Below, one piece after another: positions 13,740 through 25,407 of a stretch of DNA of 64,000 nucleotides (the stretch's first letter is position 1; each line of letters begins with the position of its first letter). The position numbers and the translations under genes were made by a program. The notes beneath the pieces were generated by a model. The model worked only from the letters and a program-made list of their open reading frames with translations, did no database searches and was not told the origin of the DNA. This DNA is from Octopus sinensis. Taxonomy: Eukaryota. The stretch covers positions 10,478,001 to 10,542,000 of the forward strand of contig NC_043002.1 of the NCBI RefSeq assembly GCF_006345805.1. Reading direction: 5' to 3'.

Positions 13740-14830
13740 ACCCTCAACACGAAAATTCAGATGTCAAAACTGCATGAAAATGGTTTTCAGAGGAACTGCT
13801 GATATAATAGCATCACTTGATGATCAAGATATAGCAGGAACAATCCAAAATGACTGGAAAGGGATTGGTCGTGATGCCTTTAAACCATTTTTGACGATGA
13901 CACAAAGGGAGCGCAGAGCCACTGTCAGTGGTTGTGTTAAAGCAAAAGAAATAAAGAAAAGGGGACAGCATTTTATTCAATATCCTCAGCAAAGTCAGAT
14001 ATATAAATGAGGAGAAAAGATAATTTTTGTGAAGGTGGGTTGGGATGAGATCTGATGGTGAAGCACATCACTGTTGAGTTACCTTTTTCAAATCATTTAT
14101 AATATATAATATATCACGTGATCACGTGACCGACCAGACCATCAGATGTTGCTACACATCGCTGGTCACAATGCTTTCGCATTGTTTTAGCCTTCGAACG
14201 ACGCCACATCACTGGCTAAGCTAGCAGGCCAACAGAAGAAAGAGAGAAAGAGTGGTGAAAGAGTACAGCAGGGATCACCACCCCCTGCCGGAGCTTCGTG
14301 GAGCGTTTTTAGGTGTTTTCGCTCAATAAGCACACACAACGCCTGGTCTGGGAATCGAAACCGCAATCCTACGACTGCGAGTCCGCTGCCCCAACCACTG
14401 GGCCATTGCACCTCCATATATAATATATAATAATATATAATATAATATATTGTCATCGCCAGGCAATCTGCTACGATGGGAAATAACCAATGACGACAAA
14501 TATAGATGCTGAAAAGTTGGCACAATAAAAAGTTCTATCTAACTGTTTAACGGGGTTGGAAAAATACACATGGAGGTATAATGAGGTTCCCAGAATTCTC
14601 TATAGTGCCTCTTTGAAGTAGATGGAAACGATCCATGGCTGCAAGAAACGGCAGAACGACAGCGGCGAACGGGTTATCACGGTTGTCCGTCAAGGTCAAG
14701 ATAATTGCAAGAAAGAGGAGTATGTGAGTGACAAAACCTGGAATAGAGTTTGGGAGGTGACATCAGATCGTGAATGTGAGCACCTCTTTCCTATACCAGC
14801 AAGGAAGAAGACGGATACAGCAACATGATG
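13740..14830 (+). mobile_element. RLE-type (R2/NeSL/HERO-like) non-LTR retrotransposon C-terminal fragment, split by a SINE
   Basis: LSSPGNLLRWEITNDDKYRC*KVGTIK..LSNCLTGLEKYTWRYNEV resembles the CCHC finger + RHN motif; downstream FPIPARKKTD resembles the RPD of the restriction-like endonuclease. Confidence 0.65.
14113..14416 (-). mobile_element. SINE family A, tail type b
   Basis: Same head and core as 12498-12876 but the tail reads ggctaaaacaatgcg...gatcacgtgat; TA-rich TSD-like flanks. Confidence 0.88.
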
Positions 14831-14858
14831 TGAGGAACATAAGATAATACACTTTGTA

Positions 14859-15245
14859 TACTCTTTTACTCTTTTACTTGTTTCAGTCATTTGACTGTGG
14901 CCATGGTGGAGCACCGCCTTTAGTCGAGCAAATCGACCCCGGGACTTATTCTTTTGTAAGCCCAGTACATATTCTATCGGTCTTTTTTGCCGAACCGCTA
15001 AGTAACGGGGACATAAACACACCAGCATCGGTTGTCAAGCAATGCTAGGGGGACAAACACACACACGCATATATATATACATATATACGACGGGCTTCTT
15101 TCAGTTTCCTTTTACCAAATCCACTCACAAGGCTTTGGTCGGCCCAAGGCTATAGTAGAAGACACTTGCCCAAGATGCCACGCAGTGGGACTGAACCCGG
15201 AATCATGTGGTTGGTAAGCAAGCTACTTACCACACAGCCACTCCT
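14859..15245 (-). mobile_element. SINE family B
   Basis: Reverse complement of 32381-32822. Confidence 0.9.
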
Positions 15246-15850
15246 AACTATTCCATAAGAAAACAATATAAAAGTAGACCAAATTAGGAAAGACGAGTGT
15301 TATGAGATGTTAATGGAGTATTGTATAAATGCTGGCTAAATTGCTGTACACTTGCTGCTAAAAGTTGGATGAAAGGGTTTTAATTGAACGAGACTGAGAC
15401 GGTTGCTGGTATCAAATGATATCCAAAATAATCAAGCAAGCGCCATCTTGAAATATTATGTAGGTTAGAGTCAGCCATTGGATATAGGTAAAAAGAAAAG
15501 ATGAAATCTGGCTCTGGATTAATGATCACAAAATGGACTTGTGGCTGAGTGCTTGTTAGTCGAACCATTAGGTGGGTTGTCGGGTCGCTGTAAAGCCGTT
15601 GAGAGGAAAGCCTCGAAACGGTGTGCATTCTCTCGTGATGAGCCCTGATACGTACTGGCACCTGATATGAAGGGGATTTTAATCACTGCACTTGCACTGG
15701 CAAGTTGTTTCTAAGTCCCTAGAAATGCACATCTGTCATTTTGCATCGCACCATCACCCTGTAAATAATGACTCATAAAGTAAAAAATTCTAAGTTGTTT
15801 TTGCTATGCATATGTTTCAACTCCTTTATTCCCAGCTAGTATTTAGTAGC

Positions 15851-16070
15851 TTTACTCTTTTACTTGTTTCAGTCATTTGACTGTGGCCATGCTGGAGCAC
15901 CACCTTTAGTCGAGCAAATCGACCCCAGAGCTTATTCTTTGTAAGCTTAGTACTTATGCTATTGGTCTCTTTTGCCGAAGCGCTAAGTTACCTAAACACA
16001 CCAGCATCGGTTGTCAAGCGACTTTGGGAGGACAAACACAGACATACAAACATATACACATACACACACG

Positions 16071-16152
<82 letters not shown>

Positions 16153-16324
16153 CATATATACGACGGGGTTCTTTCAGTTTCCGTCTACCAAATCCACTCA
16201 CAAGGCTTTTGTCGGCCCGAGGCTATAGTAGAAGACGCTTGCCCAAGGTACCACGCAGTGGGAATGAACCCAGAACCATGTGGTTGGTAAGCAAGTTACT
16301 TACCACACAACCACTCCTACGCCT
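15851..16324 (-). mobile_element. SINE family B with expanded (CA)n
   Basis: Reverse complement of 32381-32822. Confidence 0.9.
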
Positions 16325-17377
16325 TTGTAACAGAAATTTAAGAGGCTTTTATCACATACAAAAATTTATTATCTGACAATGTTTAAAGAAGAAAAATTAT
16401 TGCAATAAACATAACGTTAATTTTTTTATCTTAACTGGTCAGGTGGTTAACATTATAGTCGAAGCAGTATCATTTATTTATTAGGTCCACATATATGTCT
16501 AGAAGTTATTTATTCGAAACTGAGGACATGTGAAATTGGAAATCAAGTTATTAAGAGGCCATTTAAAATACGATAAATCAAGTAATATGAGGTTTAGAAG
16601 TTTTACATTAACCGAGTGAACCCATAAATTGTAGGATCGTTTGAATATGATGATGTGGCATTCTTTGTTTTAGGCACGTAGCTTTACCGAAATGCTGGAA
16701 ATTATCTGTTCTGTCTGCAACATAACTGATGTGAAACGGCTACTGATAGAAACTAGATGCAAATTCGTCTCACCATTTAAAACGATGATGGAGAATCCTA
16801 TAGCAGATTTGGTCAAACGGGGTTCATTGTACTAATTGTTTTTAATTTTGGTACAGGGCCTATTTTGAGGGGAAGGAAGAAGTCGATTGAATCGACTCTG
16901 TACTGCTCTGGTACTTTTTTTCATCAACACCGAAAGGATGACAAAGTCGAACCCGGCGGAATTTGAACTCAGAACACTTCTAAACATTTTGTTCAGCGCG
17001 CTAACGACTCTGCCAATTCGCCGCCCTAGATCATTCTTTTAATGACGAGCAGCTTAATAAAGACGTTCTTCTCCAATTTATTCTCATAAAAGGTGACGAA
17101 TTAACGAAACACTTGGCACTTGTACACTGCTGAAGCTATGGATAGCTATGATTTCCTACTTCAGAGTATCAACTGTACAGTGTATTGGGCCACTGAGTCG
17201 CTTTGGGAATATACAGTGCACGGCTCTAGGTAGGATCGAACATTGATCTGCTTATTTCGTAATTCTAAGTTGGGCACAAGGCCAGAAACATTGAGAAGAT
17301 AGAGTAAGTCGATTAAATTGACTTCAATACGAAAGAATAAAATGCAAAGTCGACCACGACAGTACTTAAATTGAGTC

Positions 17378-18164
17378 AAGGCGGCGAGCTGGCAGAAACG
17401 CTAACGCGCCGGGCGAAATGCTTAGCGGTATTTCGGCTGCCGTTACGTTGTGAGTTCAAATTCCGCCGAGGTCGACTTTGCCTTTCATCCTTTCGGGGTC
17501 GATAAATTAAGTACCAGTTAAGCAATGGGGTCGATATAATCGACTTAATACCTATGTCTGTCCATGTTTGTCTCCTCTATGTTTAGCCCCTTGTGGGTAA
17601 TAAAGAAATAGGTATTTCGCCTGTCGCTACGTTCTGAGTTCAAATTCCGCCGAGGTCGACTTTGCCTTTCATCCTTTCGGGGTCGATTAAACAAGTACCA
17701 GTTACGCACTGGGGTCGATATAATCGACTTAATACCTATGTCTGTCCATGTTTGTCTCCTCTATGTTTAGCCCCTTGTGGGTAATAAAGAAATAGGTATT
17801 TCGCCTGTCGCTACGTTCTGAGTTCAAATTCCGCCGAGGTCGACTTTGCCTTTCATCCTTTCGGGGTCGATTAAACAAGTACCAGTTACGCACTGGGGTC
17901 GATATAATCGACTTAATCCGTTTGTCTGTCCTTGTTTGTCCCTTTTGTGTTTAGCCCCTTGTGGGTAGTAAAGAAATAGGTATTTCGTCAGCCGCTACGT
18001 TCTGATTTCAAATTCCGCCTAGATCGACTTTGCCTTTCATTCTTTCGGGGTCGATTAAATAAGTACCAGTTACGCACTGGGATCGATATATTCGGCTTAA
18101 TCCGTTTGTCTGTCCTTGTTTGTCCCCTCTGTTTTTAGCCCCTTGTGGGTAGTAAAGAAATAGG
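17378..18164 (+). mobile_element. SINE family C, one head followed by four 184-bp body units
   Basis: Head aaggcggcgagctggcagaaacg; ggtattt at 17427, 17611, 17795, 17979, 18163; B-box gagttcaaattcc in each unit; flanked by gta(c/t)ttaaattga. Confidence 0.92.
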
Positions 18165-20065
18165 TATTTAAATTGAAAAGGTAGAGATCTGGAAGAAATG
18201 CGGATTGGCAATTTCGTCGGATGCTCAAACGATTCTACCGGTTCGCTGCCTCTCTGTGAAGAAATATATGTTTCAAATTTTGGCACAATGCCAGAAAGCT
18301 GTGAAGCAAGGAGATTTGATAATTACATTGACCCCAGTACGTTACTGGCATTTTATTTTACTAGCACTTAAGAAAAGTTAACCTCAGTAGTATTTGAACT
18401 CAGAATGTAAAGAACCGGAAGGTAAAAAACCCGCTAAGCAAATTTTCCCGACGCCCTAACGATTCCGCCAGCACATCACCAATTGAGGGAGAAATATTGT
18501 TGCTTTTAGTACAGGTACAATGCCTGAAAATCGTGAGAAAGGCCTATTTCGTTACTTTATTTTATTCACCCGGAAAAGATGAAAAGCTAAGTCGACCTTG
18601 GCGGGAGTTGAACCCAGAATGTTAAGGATCAGTACAAATACCGCAAAGTATTTTGTACAATGCTCTAAAGATTCTGACAGCTTTCCATGATGAAATATAA
18701 TGATAACAATTTTTCATTAAGCGGCACGATGGCTATTTATATTATTTCACCGATTGGTGAAACGGAAAGTGCAATGTTTAGTTATTTACCAAGAGCTTAG
18801 GCATTAAATAAAAAGCGATGATATTTCTAGCAGTAATTGAAAGTAAGTCGAAAGAAACGAGACTTATCTCATTGCTCTACGATGCGCTGCGACCAAGAGG
18901 AGTAATGATGGTATTGATTATTATCATTTTGTTTTTCCATGTAGCGAACGATTAGAGTAAGAGATATCCTTTTTATAAGTCGAAACTACGATTCTGTATT
19001 GATTTTCAGCTGATGAAACTTCTCTTGTTCTGCTAATTTCTTGGGAAATCTTTTTGATCATCACAATGTCTCATCGTTCCATTTTCCAAAAAATATATTA
19101 GAAAAGTGATTAGTTGTATTATTTTCTTGCCCCAAATTATGATCACAAATTGTTAAAAAGATCGCGTTTTAGATCTCACTCAAAACTTACCCTAGCGTTT
19201 TCACTTCACTAATCCCACTGGGAAAGCTTTGAATGATGCAAGTTTATATTTTAACACCTGGAAAACATTGGGGAGGGGTGTACATAATTTCATTGATCCA
19301 ATTTTTTTTTCACCAATGCTGCTTCTTCAACCCTTCATAAACCAGGATTCAATCGAGTAATGATGAAGGAACTGCGTAACTAGAACTGCATTTGTCAATG
19401 TATTATTTCCTATTCTACAAGAAGTAATTTCAAGTTGCTACTTCTCACAGATCGAGTGACTACACTGTGGCTCACTGGTTGGCTTGGGTCTGGAAACCCG
19501 CAAAGTGTTTTTTTGTTTCAATATATGCTCTAGTCCTTTACTGTTTCTGCCTCTCCTACATACATCTACACCTCTTATTTGTCTCTGAAATATTGGTTTA
19601 AAGTTTCTGATAAGATTTACACCGCCACCAGTGTCCAGTTAATCATTATTTTATCGATACTTACAAGATAAAACGAAAACGCCGACCTCATTGGAATTTG
19701 AACTTACAACGTAAAGAACCGGACGAAATGCTGCTAGGCATTGCTTGCCCGACACACTAACGATTCTACCAACTCACCACCTTTTTGTTCTCTGAGTTAT
19801 AAATAGTTTGAACGGAATGGTGACGATATAATGTGAAAAAAATGTCTGCCTGAGTTTCCCGGAGCTTGTGCTCTACAGAGATCAGCGGTATAAGTATATA
19901 AAAGAAGGCGTAAGTATAAACAGTGATATCTGTGGATACTAGTCCAAACACTATACTATCGGTTTTATTTTAAGAGATTAAGAAGTAAAGTTAATACTGG
20001 CAGAGTCTGTGCCAAAAACATGGATAAGTAAAACTACTTCTGTTACCATATCAGTAATATTAGAT

Positions 20066-20484
20066 GGATCTTTTCGGTTTGACCGGCAGTTTTTTAAAAT
20101 AATTTCCACGTAACTAAACACTTTTAAACTTCGTATACTGGTAGAATGTGTTTATATAACATCTTTTTCTCTTGGCTTTATTGAGAAAATTCTATGGTTT
20201 GTAAAATATTTGTTGTTTTTTTCTTCAATTTCTGCAATTTCAACCAATCAATGACGTCTATTGAGGTGAAAACATTCTGTGCCGTATGAATATGTCCCTA
20301 GTTTAAGAAACAGATTGGGTTTATTTACATTTCTGAAGAAAAAGAGATACCCTCCCCCCACCCCTAACCCTAACTAACCCTAAAATAGATTGAAATGCAA
20401 TAGTTCGATACTAGGGTCATAATTATGGGTGACAATTTCATATGACACCGCTAGAAAAAACTGCCGGTCAAACCGAAAAGATCC
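20066..20484. mobile_element. 419-bp MITE with ~30-bp TIRs and an 8-bp TSD (Merlin-like by terminal signature)
   Basis: TIR ggatcttttcggtttgaccggcagtttttt and its exact inverse; TSD tattagat at 20058-20065 and 20485-20492. Confidence 0.92.
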
Positions 20485-20774
20485 TATTAGATTTCTCACT
20501 CTAGGCAGTAATCTTTCGAAATACCAGTATATTGATATTGCATCTAATCTCATTAATCGTGGTGGTTTGTTAGAAAAAATACCAGTAATAAAGTAATGAT
20601 CTCCACGCACGTTGCAAATATAAGGAATAGTAGATTTATTGATATCAAACTCGTGGCCCACAGCAGCGATGCTTCAACACCATGTATTTTCTTATTCATC
20701 TCTACCTTTCTCTGTAGAGAAGACAATAGCATCCTTCATCGTTTGCTGGGGACTGGAACCTCTGTATCATTTGT

Positions 20775-20978
20775 TCTGACTAGTACCATGTTGACTCGTA
20801 TCATGTTTTTGACTAGTACCATGTTGACTAGTACCATGTTTTTGACTAGTAACATGTTGACTAGTACCATGTTTTTGACTAGTAACATGTTGACTAGTAC
20901 CATGTTTTTGACTAGTACCATGTTTTTGACTAGTACCATGTTTTGACTAGTACCATGTTTTTGACAAGTACCATGTTG
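20775..20978. repeat. Minisatellite, unit tgactagtaccatgt(ttt), ~12 copies
   Basis: Directly visible 15/18-bp units. Confidence 0.95.
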
Positions 20979-21234
20979 AACGTATATCTGGATAAAAGCG
21001 AAGCATCTTTGAAGCACGGTCATGAAAAAGCAAGCGATGGTCAGAGCGCTCTGAGTGGCAAAGTATTGCGACTGGTCGTTGGGGTGCATTTTTGAGGTAC
21101 AAGCAGAATCTTCGACTGATGTTATCCATGATTAGTAACAAACGAATTAGTGATAAATAAGACTAAATGTACTAGCTATATCAATTACTGGCATGGAACT
21201 GCTCGTACTTTGAAGACGGTAATGAGAGACAATC

Positions 21235-21458
21235 TGGCAGAAACTTTACAACGCCGGGCATAATGCTTAGCTGCATTTCCTCTGCCGCTACGTTCTGAGT
21301 TCAAATTCCGCCGAGGTCGACTTTGCTTTTCATCCTTTCGGGATCGATAACTTAAGTAGCAATTGCGTACTGGGGTCGATATAATCGACTTAATCCGTTT
21401 GCATGTCCTTGTTTGTCCCATCTGTGTTTAGCCCCTTGTGGGCAATAAAGAAAGAGGT
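21235..21458 (+). mobile_element. SINE family C monomer
   Basis: Matches the 17378 unit; flanked by ggtaatgagagac on both sides (TSD-like). Confidence 0.88.
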
Positions 21459-22275
21459 AATGAGAGACCTATTTGCAAACTTGTAGCGCGATTTGCCATG
21501 GGTTGTTATCGTTAATAATCTTTGCGTATCTGAAGAATTGAATAGTAATCCAAGTGTTTATGTCCTTAATATCAGAACTAATTTGCACAAATAATTCAGA
21601 TAACTAAAAGATTGATATCTGTTTTCTATTTATATAAATGCATACTTCGAAACGATTAATGGCGTTATGCTGATTTTAAGAACTGATAGATCGTACCATG
21701 AACGATATGATTTATGCCTCTTTTTTCATATCACACTAATCTAATCGATATTGTCAATTTCATTAAGATCATTAATTCAAGACCGAATCTAGAACTTTCT
21801 TTGCTATAAATAGCTTCAGCAGTTGGCACAATGCCAATAATTTTGAGGAGAAGCCGAAGTCCAATACATCAACCCCAGTAGTCAGATGGTATTTATTTGA
21901 TCGATCTCGAAAGGATTGAAAGAGAAGTCGACCTCAGGAGAATTTGAACTCAAAAGGTAAAACCGAAAAAATACTGCAAACCATTACCGATGCTATAACG
22001 ATTCTACCAGCTCACTACCTTTTTTTCTGTACACAAATATCAATATTTTTTTCAAACCTTAAGCACACGGCCTGAAATTTGTGGGACCCTACTAGCCAAG
22101 TGATACTAATTTTATCGATGAACGGATGGTAGGAAAGGTTGACTACGGCAGAATTGGAACTCAAAACGTAGAACCAGAAGAAATTCTAACTATTTTGTCA
22201 GCCGCGTTAACGGTCCTGCAAGCTTAATAATCTTACAACTAAAACGCACAACCCTTTCCCTACCCATATATATAT

Positions 22276-22334
<59 letters not shown>

Positions 22335-22580
22335 ACACATCATACTTTCATTTTTTCTTCGTTTTAGTCTATGCCCCATGCTTGCCTTTTCAGATAGCCT
22401 TTATTTCTTCTTACAAACGGAGTGGGAGTGTGACAGCCATAGACCATAAATGCAGACGAACAGTAGGAAAACATTTTACTCTGAAGTCGGTGGTACTTAA
22501 ACGAAAATAAAACTGCAAATGCTTATCGTAAATTGTATTTAGTTTATCACCTTCACACACAAACACGCACATATATAAAT

Positions 22581-22668
<88 letters not shown>

Positions 22669-23390
22669 TAGGTTTTAAACTCTTTTCTTTTACAAAATAT
22701 TAACTTTCACATAAATACACATACACACGCACACGATTATGTATGTATGTATGTATGTATGTATATGTATATATATATATATATATATCAAGAAGGTAGT
22801 CAGAATTTTGGATGATTATATATAATCGCTTTCATCTCGTTCGTTTCGGTGACTCATTAGGTAAGATCCTTTCGAAACAAATTATGCCTTTAATGCAAAG
22901 CAGCAAGGGAATGTTCCTTTTGTTATTTGTGTGTGTGTCTGTGTGCGCGCGCGCGCTCGATTGCATGCATGAGTGAGCAAGCAGGTGGTGAATGTTTGAA
23001 GGCTTGGTTTACAGAGAGAAAAAAGGCGAAAAAATTCAGAAGGAAGGAAAGAAGAAAGGGGAAAAGACAGAAACAGAGAAAGGACTCGTTTTCCTAAGTT
23101 TTATTGTATTAAAAAAGTAACTATTGTCACTTTCTCTCTTTCTTTCTTTTTGTCTTTCCTACTTTATTTCTTTCTGCTATCTTTTCTTTTTCTCTCTTTC
23201 CTTCCTGTCCTTCTTTCTATCTTCCTCTCTCTCTTTATATCTCCTTTTCTGTTTTACTCCGTCTTACGAAGCCTCCAAAGATTCATCATACACTCACACA
23301 TGATTCTACACACGTGCATGCACGTACAAAGACATGCGCACATATATACGCACGCATATATATACCATATAAATAACAAAAGAACAGTCT

Positions 23391-23464
<74 letters not shown>

Positions 23465-23673
23465 TCAAACTTTTCATTAAAAAATAATATAACTAATGAG
23501 TCTCGGACACGAACGAAATGAAAGACAAATAGATAATTATCAAGAATTCTGAATACCTTTTATCTTAATATATGAAATTTGTACACCACTTCAAACAACC
23601 TACACTAATAAGAACACACACGCGCACACAATTATACATAAACACACAGACACACATACAACACATTCCCTAA

Positions 23674-23715
<42 letters not shown>

Positions 23716-24189
23716 ACACATCATACTTTCATTTTTTCGTTCGCTTTAGTCTATGTTCCATGCATGCCCTTATTTCCTCTTACAAATAAATGATAACACC
23801 TTTTACTCGTCCTCGAAACAGGACTTGCTCAGGTGAATCGACACCGATTCATGTGTATGTATAAGTGTATATGCATACATACATACATACATACATACAT
23901 ACATACATACATGTATATATATATATATATATTTTTTTTATCCTACATTAGTTATATATATATAAATATTTTTATATAACTAATGTAGGATAAAAATTTT
24001 TCGGGAAAACTTTTTATTAATGGCCAGCATATCAAAAAATACCTTTAAAGGTTAAATTTATAAATAATTTACAAGATAAGGGCAAAAGAAAAATTCTAAT
24101 GCCAAATATGCCGAAAAAAAGACAAAAATTGTCAATAACCATTATGATTTATGCGTCTCGAAACAAACCGATAGAAATTTCTAAAAATT

Positions 24190-24260
24190 CGTTATTACCG
24201 TATTGGTCCCAATTTCGGGGTTAATTCATAAGAATTTTCCCCTCTTCAGCGGCAAATACG
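24190..24260 (-). ncRNA. Candidate minimal type-I hammerhead ribozyme
   Basis: Minus strand: cgtatttgccg-CTGAAGA-gggg[aaaattcttatgaattaa]cccc-GAAA-ttgg[ga]ccaa-TA-cggtaataacg. All core nucleotides and three stems are present. Confidence 0.8.
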
Positions 24261-24545
24261 CGAGATATAAGTGAAATACTTACTCATACCCATGGAAAAA
24301 GCAAGCACCAAGTCCCGAGCAGACCTAAGTACCCCAAATATATCCAAAATAGAAAATCTTCGGCACATCTTCGGAAGTTCACTTCCGGATTCTCTCACTC
24401 TGTGAAAGTTTCTAGTTCGAATCACACGTGTCTCGAGATGTGCCAAAGATTTTCTATTTTGGATATATTTGGGGTACTTAGGTCCGCTCAGGACTCAGTG
24501 CTTGCTTTTTCCATGGGTATGAGTAAGTATTTCACTTATATCTCA

Positions 24546-24615
24546 CGTATTTGCCGCTGAAGAGGGGAAAATTTTTATGAATTAACCTCGAAATTGGACC
24601 AATACGGTAATAACG
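24546..24615 (+). ncRNA. Candidate minimal type-I hammerhead ribozyme
   Basis: cgtatttgccg-CTGAAGA(24557-63)-gggg...cctc-GAAA(24590-93)-ttgg[a]ccaa-TA-cggtaataacg; predicted cleavage 3' of A24604. Confidence 0.77.
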
Positions 24616-24897
24616 AATTTTTTAGAAATTTCTATTGGTTTGTTTCGAGACGCATAAATTATAATGGTTATTGACAATTTTTGTCTTTTTTTCGGCATAT
24701 TTGGCATTAGAATTTTTCTTTTGCCCTTATCTTGTAAATTATATATATATATATATATTATATATATATATTATATATATAATATATATATATATATATT
24801 ATATATATATATAATATTATATATATATATATATATATAATATATATATGTATATACATATATATATAATATTAGTGAGAATATTTTATATATTTTA

Positions 24898-24928
<31 letters not shown>

Positions 24929-25216
24929 GCATACAATGGTTGTCTACTCCTTATGCAGAGTTTGACCACCTCCTCTACCTAGACATCTGATGTAGCTTTT
25001 TAAACCGGAAAATGTTTTGAAAATATCGTGAAGTATATTTGCCATTTAAATATGGCAAACCCCTAAGGGTGGATGCTACTGTAGCTTGTAGCCCCAGGAG
25101 GACATCTCCTCCAGCTGGCTGTTTTGAAAATACACTCCTATAAATTGCATAACCGATTTGGACCATCAAGAGCAGCAGTTAAGTTCTGATCTTCGTGGAT
25201 CTTAAAATGAATATAT

Positions 25217-25247
<31 letters not shown>

Positions 25248-25365
25248 AAAAGAGAAAGAGAAATGTTTATTTGAACATTATATATATGTATATATGTCTC
25301 ATAAATATATAAAAGTGTGTATATATATATACATATATACATATACATATATATATATATATGTA

Positions 25366-25407
<42 letters not shown>

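Larger units (their letters stand above)
24064..24742. repeat. Long foldback: ~307-bp inverted arms with a ~65-bp spacer (Penelope pLTR-like)
   Basis: 24064-24370 is the reverse complement of 24436-24742 with scattered substitutions; embedded between (TA)n tracts. Confidence 0.95.

Noticed and set aside
17427-18163. CRISPR-like regular repeats
   Set aside because: Units are whole 184-bp SINE bodies with no unique spacers, no cas genes and a eukaryotic context.
20361-20383. Chromosome end or telomere fusion
   Set aside because: Only ~3 units and they lie inside a TIR element.
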